A stretch of DNA of 64,000 nucleotides, taken from contig BROI01000001.1 of assembly GCA_027923505.1 (NCBI GenBank), positions 1,612,001-1,676,000 on the forward strand, read 5' to 3'. The notes beneath the pieces were generated by a model. The model did not search any database. It was not told where the DNA came from and saw only the letters and a program-made list of their open reading frames with translations. The first letter of the stretch is position 1, and the number at the start of each line of letters is the position of its first letter. Shown one piece after another: positions 59,981 through 64,000 of this stretch. The position numbers and the translations under genes were made by a program. Source of the stretch: Mayamaea pseudoterrestris (taxonomy: Eukaryota).

Positions 59981-61152
59981 ATGCCTGCTGGGCGCTGGCA
60001 ATCAAAGGTTGAAGGAGCTAATCTTTGTGCATTGTTTGATCGGAAGGAAGCTGACCCACACAAGGCGGACGACACGAATTACATCCACCAAGTCCAGCAG
60101 CTCAACAGTCGGCTCTTTGGTCACGTTGAACCCCGCAATTGGCTCAACAACTACCGGCGCACGGCGCGAGATTATTTAACAAACAAGCAAGCTCAAGGAG
60201 GTCGTCATCAATCTCTGCCGCCTCCAGTTCTGCCTCCAGGCCACCTTCAACCAAGTGCGCCAGGTAAGTAGCGACTTGCGAAACATCAAAGTGTCATTTT
60301 CAAGTACTCACTCATATTAATTCCTCCATTTCTGCAGACGAGTCAGAAGACGAGTCGTACTCCTTGACCACCGGTAGTGTCGAGTTGGAAGAGTTGACTC
60401 AGGTTGACGATATTGACAGCAAGGAACTCGACAGCATCGGCCAAGTCAGTGTCATCAACATGCCGTCGCCTCACAAGCCTTCTCCTGGTGTGAATGGTAC
60501 ATTTCACAACCTTGTTTGTGGTCCCTACATCAATGAAGTTGGAGATTTTGAATTGCAAGTCCGAGTCCTTGCACACTCTGGCATGCTACCCGAATATGTC
60601 ACGGTCAAGCTTTCCAATGATCGGCGCTCATTGCTTGTTCTGCAGCGTGTACCTGATGAGTTCTATGACGCGCAAATTGTTGCTGCAGAATTCTTTGGGC
60701 CTTGTGGTATGGGATCAGCAGTGACAGCCGCCTTTCGTCAAGCTGTACAGCGAGTTCGTGCCACCGACAAGGAGCCTGTCTTTGTTGGGAATGGCGACTA
60801 CATCTGCCTTGGGCACCAGGTCAAGCAGCTTTCAGAAAATTCTACTGAGATCATTGTGCTGCCAACTAAGAAGGGCAAAACTACCTTGCATGTCATCAAA
60901 GTAACACTTCAGCTGCCTCGAACTGGTTACAAGATGCCGAACGCGCCAGTGCTGCGAGTCATTCATCCGTATGCGTCACCGCCAGCCGCTGCAGCTGCAG
61001 GGCCAGTTCTGCCGGACGTTCCAAGAGGCTTATTTGCAGCTGGGCAGGCAAAATTGGAACGGGTGATGGAAGGCGTGGTGCCTTTTTTTGCCACTCTACT
61101 GTTCTGCTACTTTTTCAATTTGGTTTACGGTTGGTCAAAATACGTGTTTTAG
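59981..61152 (+). CDS. Unknown protein divergent from the transposase (putative second transposon ORF), at least 2 exons
   Basis: ATG 59981. Intron 60264-60337 (GTAAG...CTCAC...CAG) joins in frame with 60364..61152. The 3' end is uncertain. Confidence 0.6.
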
Positions 61153-64000
61153 GAAACCAATCAATGTCGCTTTCAAACATTGTTGAGATAGATTGTATGT
61201 AATTAGCTATCTCTATAACAATAATATGGTCTATTTGCAGCACCTGCTTCATGTTCCGGCATCCCCACTTTCTTGCTGGTGACGCAACGGCAAATGATTC
61301 GGTGTGCCATGCTGTTCTGATGGCGGCTCCGGAGCTGGATCCGCCTGTTGTTCCTGCTCTTGCGCTTCTTGTAGGTTCATTGAGTCTAGATCTGGGATGG
61401 AATAACCATCGACGTCTTCATTGTCGGTATCACCTTGAGCATCGACGCCGTCTCCGTCTCCTCCTCCTCCTACATCCGGATGAACGTATGCAATGCTCTT
61501 CTTGCAGAGTCCAAATTCAGCTACCCCAGCATCACGAGTAAATGTAACTCACTCCTTTGCTTGAATTGGGGCAGCTTGATGTCGCAACACATCCAATTGC
61601 TTCTTTTTTTGCTCCTTTAGCTTCTTCTTCATCTCTGTGATTTTCTTGATTTTCTTATGGTAGGCTTCGGGGCTGGCTAGGAAGTTTGGAGCGTTGTCGT
61701 TGGAAGAGCCGGAAGAGGTGTAGGCTCCATCATTGTGACTTGTGACTATGTCGCTGTTGTTTTGCTCGAAACGTCGAATCACAATATAAATTCTGAGGAG
61801 GCTTGAAAAGCCAGGTTGTCAAATAGAAATTATTGATAAGGTCGATATTACAACTGTCGCAACAAACACATTCGATCGGCTCTGGCTGTTGTCAGGCCAT
61901 GGTGCAGCTGCCGGAAATCGAAGGGAACGAGCGGAAGCACGTGTCACCACTGTCGTCATTGGTGTACAGTTTATTGTACAATTCTGGAAACAAGCGGAAG
62001 CCCGCACCACACTGTGGTCGTCGGTGTACAGTATTGTACACTTTATTTGACAGTACTACACTACATTGCGTCCATGAACTGCATGCATTTTCGCCACCAT
62101 GCTTGGAACTGCACATGGGTTCATGACCATGGCCAATTGATGATATACCAGACTCTGTATTCACGTCATGACTAAATAGATATGTTCGAAGACAAATTTG
62201 TTAATGCAACTATTTCCATTCTCGGCGTGGCCGAAATGGTCCGGATTGTGCAAACAGCGTCGGAGACGGTAGGTGATTGTTGCGTGATTCTTTGCATTCG
62301 TTTCACAGCTTGAACGAGCTGTAAAGTACATTCATTGCTAAAAATATTATCATCCTTAACACAGACGTCGGAAACATCCAATTCACATCTGACCGCTCCA
62401 GAGTTTGCAGAACGGTGGTGTGGCACCTTCATTGGTCAAGAGCCCAAGCAGCGAGAAAAGGCCGAGCAGCTGAGCAAGGCCTTCCATTGCATAAACCCTT
62501 TAAACGAGATGTGGAACGGCCTGACCACGGTTTCGGACAACAAAAATCCTTTTCGAAAAGTAAAAGTGTAATGCTGTATACTATTATTCCGAAAGAGGAG
62601 TCGTGATGGAATTGGAAAAGGTTTCATGATCGCTACCAAGGATATGGTTGATGGCAAACGATGGCTTGATTGACACTGGGCTCTTGCCGGAAAGCCAAAA
62701 GGACTTCAGCAAGCTTCTTTGCATTTGATGTTTCCACTTGACTTTCCAGCTGTCGAAGGTCATCACGTCAACCTCCAGCCAGCAAGTGGCGCTCGCGTCA
62801 CTTTCTTTGAAGGCAACAAGGAGTTGGAGATTGGTAAGCACAATGAACTACCTGCGAGTTTTGATGGTTTGTATCTAATACCTTTTCTACTGCAGCTGCT
62901 AACTTATCAATTGTGGGTTGGGTGGTTATGGACAAACTACTTGATGAGATGGACCTGGAATCCGAGGTATGAATTGTTATTACGCTTACCAAGTTCTTGT
63001 TTGGATCTTAACATTTATATCTGCCTCTCCATTCTCATCTTTAGACTAATTTGCGAAGTTGGCACGCACCTTGGATGAATGCTGTCCTTGCCAAGAGCGA
63101 TGGGTTTGAAGCAACAGTCGATGGGCATCCATGGAATCTCTTTCGGCAACCTTTTATTTCTTTTACGGCGTTCTGTTGCCTGTACTACGCAGTGAAACAT
63201 GTTCGCTGCGGCAGCGAAACTTCCCAAGTGCCAGACATTTTTGAATTTGGATATAACCTTGCTATTTTGGACCGAGCAGATGGCACCGCATGGCTTCGCA
63301 ATCATTTCAATTTGATCAGCAGGTTTGATGAACAAAAGCAATCACTTCGCAGCATCCTTCCTGTGCTTTTCAATGCTCAAGTTGATAATTAGTGATTTTT
63401 ATTCAATTATTGCGATGGTATCGGTCAGTCAATGCAGCTCATTGCGCAGCATTGTTTGGTTTGGAAACGCTGCACGCCGATATATTTCGCACTGAAGTAG
63501 AGTATCCTTTCTTGAACATAATCTTGATCAATGGAAGCGCATGATTTACAATGTATGAATTGCTTAACAGTAAATCTACACTGCTAATTCGTCAATCATC
63601 TGTAGATCAAGGACCTGGATGCATGATTGAAAACTCAGTGCACGTGTCTTGTGAGACATGAGCTATGCATTGAACCAAAAATGTCTGTAGCATCACTTGT
63701 TTAAGTTTGATGGAAGCAAATGAATCTGCTTCCATCCTGTCAGTAGCTTTGATGTGTTTGGTATAGGAACACGTTTTGGGAACTTGTCCCATACATTCTA
63801 GTCATGTCAAGTGCCTGCTGGTACAGGCGGTAGAGCAGACTGTCAGTAACAATCATCGGGCAGTTTCAGCTGCACTGCGAGCAACAATAAAGCCACATAG
63901 ACTGCTGCGTAGATTGTTAACCACTATGCAGTACAACATTGAGCTATTAGTATTATAAGGTGTTGGCTGGATGTCGGAATTAACTTGATAGAAACAACTC

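Noticed and set aside
61200..64000. Fragmentary ORFs at the right end
   Set aside because: They are short, stop-ridden and have no recognisable motifs, so no product can be supported.

Overview
Eukaryotic nuclear DNA, most likely from a diatom. The basis is short GT-AG introns, an ASAFAP-type plastid presequence and diatom-type (CoDi-like) Ty1/copia elements. Positions 1-16.3 kb are a gene-dense block: a gamma-glutamylcyclotransferase-like gene, a membrane protein, the complex I ESSS subunit, a membrane-anchored kinase, a FYVE-SYLF protein, four HSP20 paralogues, an F-box protein, a plastid cysteine synthase and TatD. Positions 16.4-64 kb are dominated by transposons and pseudogenes. Copia family 1 (329-bp LTRs) has three copies, one nearly intact at 47849-54650. 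Family 2 is an older copia (289-bp LTRs, 35674-41294). There is also a ~170/180-bp satellite, a Ser/Pro repeat gene, decayed host ORFs and an intact DDE_Tnp_4-like transposase with a divergent partner gene. About 20.7-32 kb is error-rich and probably partly mis-assembled. Highlights: (1) family 1 has a primer-binding site matching the anticodon arm of tRNA-Asn(GUU) in the half-tRNA register; (2) family 2 has a non-tRNA PBS complementary to its own LTR, suggesting self-priming; (3) one HSP20 carries a metallothionein-like (CxCxx)3CxC insertion; (4) a non-LTR ORF ends in a domain resembling the family-1 Gag N-terminus.
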